Shown here: in pieces, positions 63,615-64,000 of the stretch
Numbering within the stretch: position 1 is the first letter of the stretch
Layout: each line of letters starts with the position of its first letter
Origin: Octopus sinensis
Taxonomy: Eukaryota
DNA: 64,000 bases
Direction of reading: 5' to 3'
Assembly (NCBI RefSeq): GCF_006345805.1
Contig: NC_043026.1
Location: 1,860,001-1,924,000 of the forward strand
Notes under the pieces: generated by a model
Told to the model about the DNA's origin: nothing
Database searches by the model: none
Seen by the model: the letters and a program-made list of their open reading frames with translations, nothing else
Made by a program: the position numbers and the translations under genes

Positions 63615-64000
63615 TCTACAAAATAAAAGTATTTTATAAAATAAAAAGGTATCAGCTAGATTATGACTGGTAGATAACAGTTTACTCAAAGTAACCACCC
63701 TCAGCTTCCACTCTGGCCTGAAGATGGTTTTGGAACCTGGCGCGTTTCTCACTGTGTCCCTGGGAAAATCTTCGAACCCCTTGATCTCAGCTTTGGTGTT
63801 ACAGGTAGAGTGGTTAGTGTCTTTCTCCCCCCCCCCACACATCAGTCCATGGGATTACAACTGGGAGAATTAGGAGGACAGAATTTGGGGCTGGTGACAT
63901 TGTAGAAATTCTCCGATAAACACTTCTGACTTTTCCTGGAGGTGTGGTAAAAAACCAAATCCTGCTGCTACATCTATGGCCTTCCAGCAGTGACCCTCTC
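63615..64000 (-). mobile_element. maT (DD37D-type) transposase C-terminal remnant
   Basis: Homologous to 44337-44690 (PPNSPSCNPMD, CNTKAEIK). Confidence 0.75.

Overview
This is eukaryotic, AT-rich DNA dense in microsatellites and transposons. The tRNA-derived SINE families, RTE/CR1 LINEs and (TA)n/(CA)n/(TATG)n tracts suggest a coleoid cephalopod, most likely Octopus (inference). There is one 100-N scaffold gap at 33194-33293. The only host gene I can support is an acetyl-CoA hydrolase/CoA-transferase family gene (4-hydroxybutyrate CoA-transferase / acetate:succinate CoA-transferase-like) on the + strand. Its exon 1 CDS is 31847-32048, with a mitochondrial-type presequence, and exon 2 is 62041-62193, after a ~30 kb phase-1 intron; the gene continues past the window. 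Most other sequence is TE debris: a full-length decayed mariner with TIRs, DD37D maT and Tigger remnants, RTE, CR1, HERO-like and gypsy fragments, MITEs/foldbacks and several SINE families, often nested with readable TSDs. The most notable unannotated signal is eight type I hammerhead-ribozyme-like motifs with palindromic stem III (five near-intact, three decayed). They belong to several sequence families, and most lie 75-110 nt from a (TA)n tract, consistent with Penelope-like/retrozyme elements. Other candidates are a second CpG-rich promoter-like island in intron 1 beside a 29 x 36-bp array open in five frames, an array of C/EBP-type palindromes upstream of the gene, a possible divergent transcript, and a ~1 kb tandem duplication.
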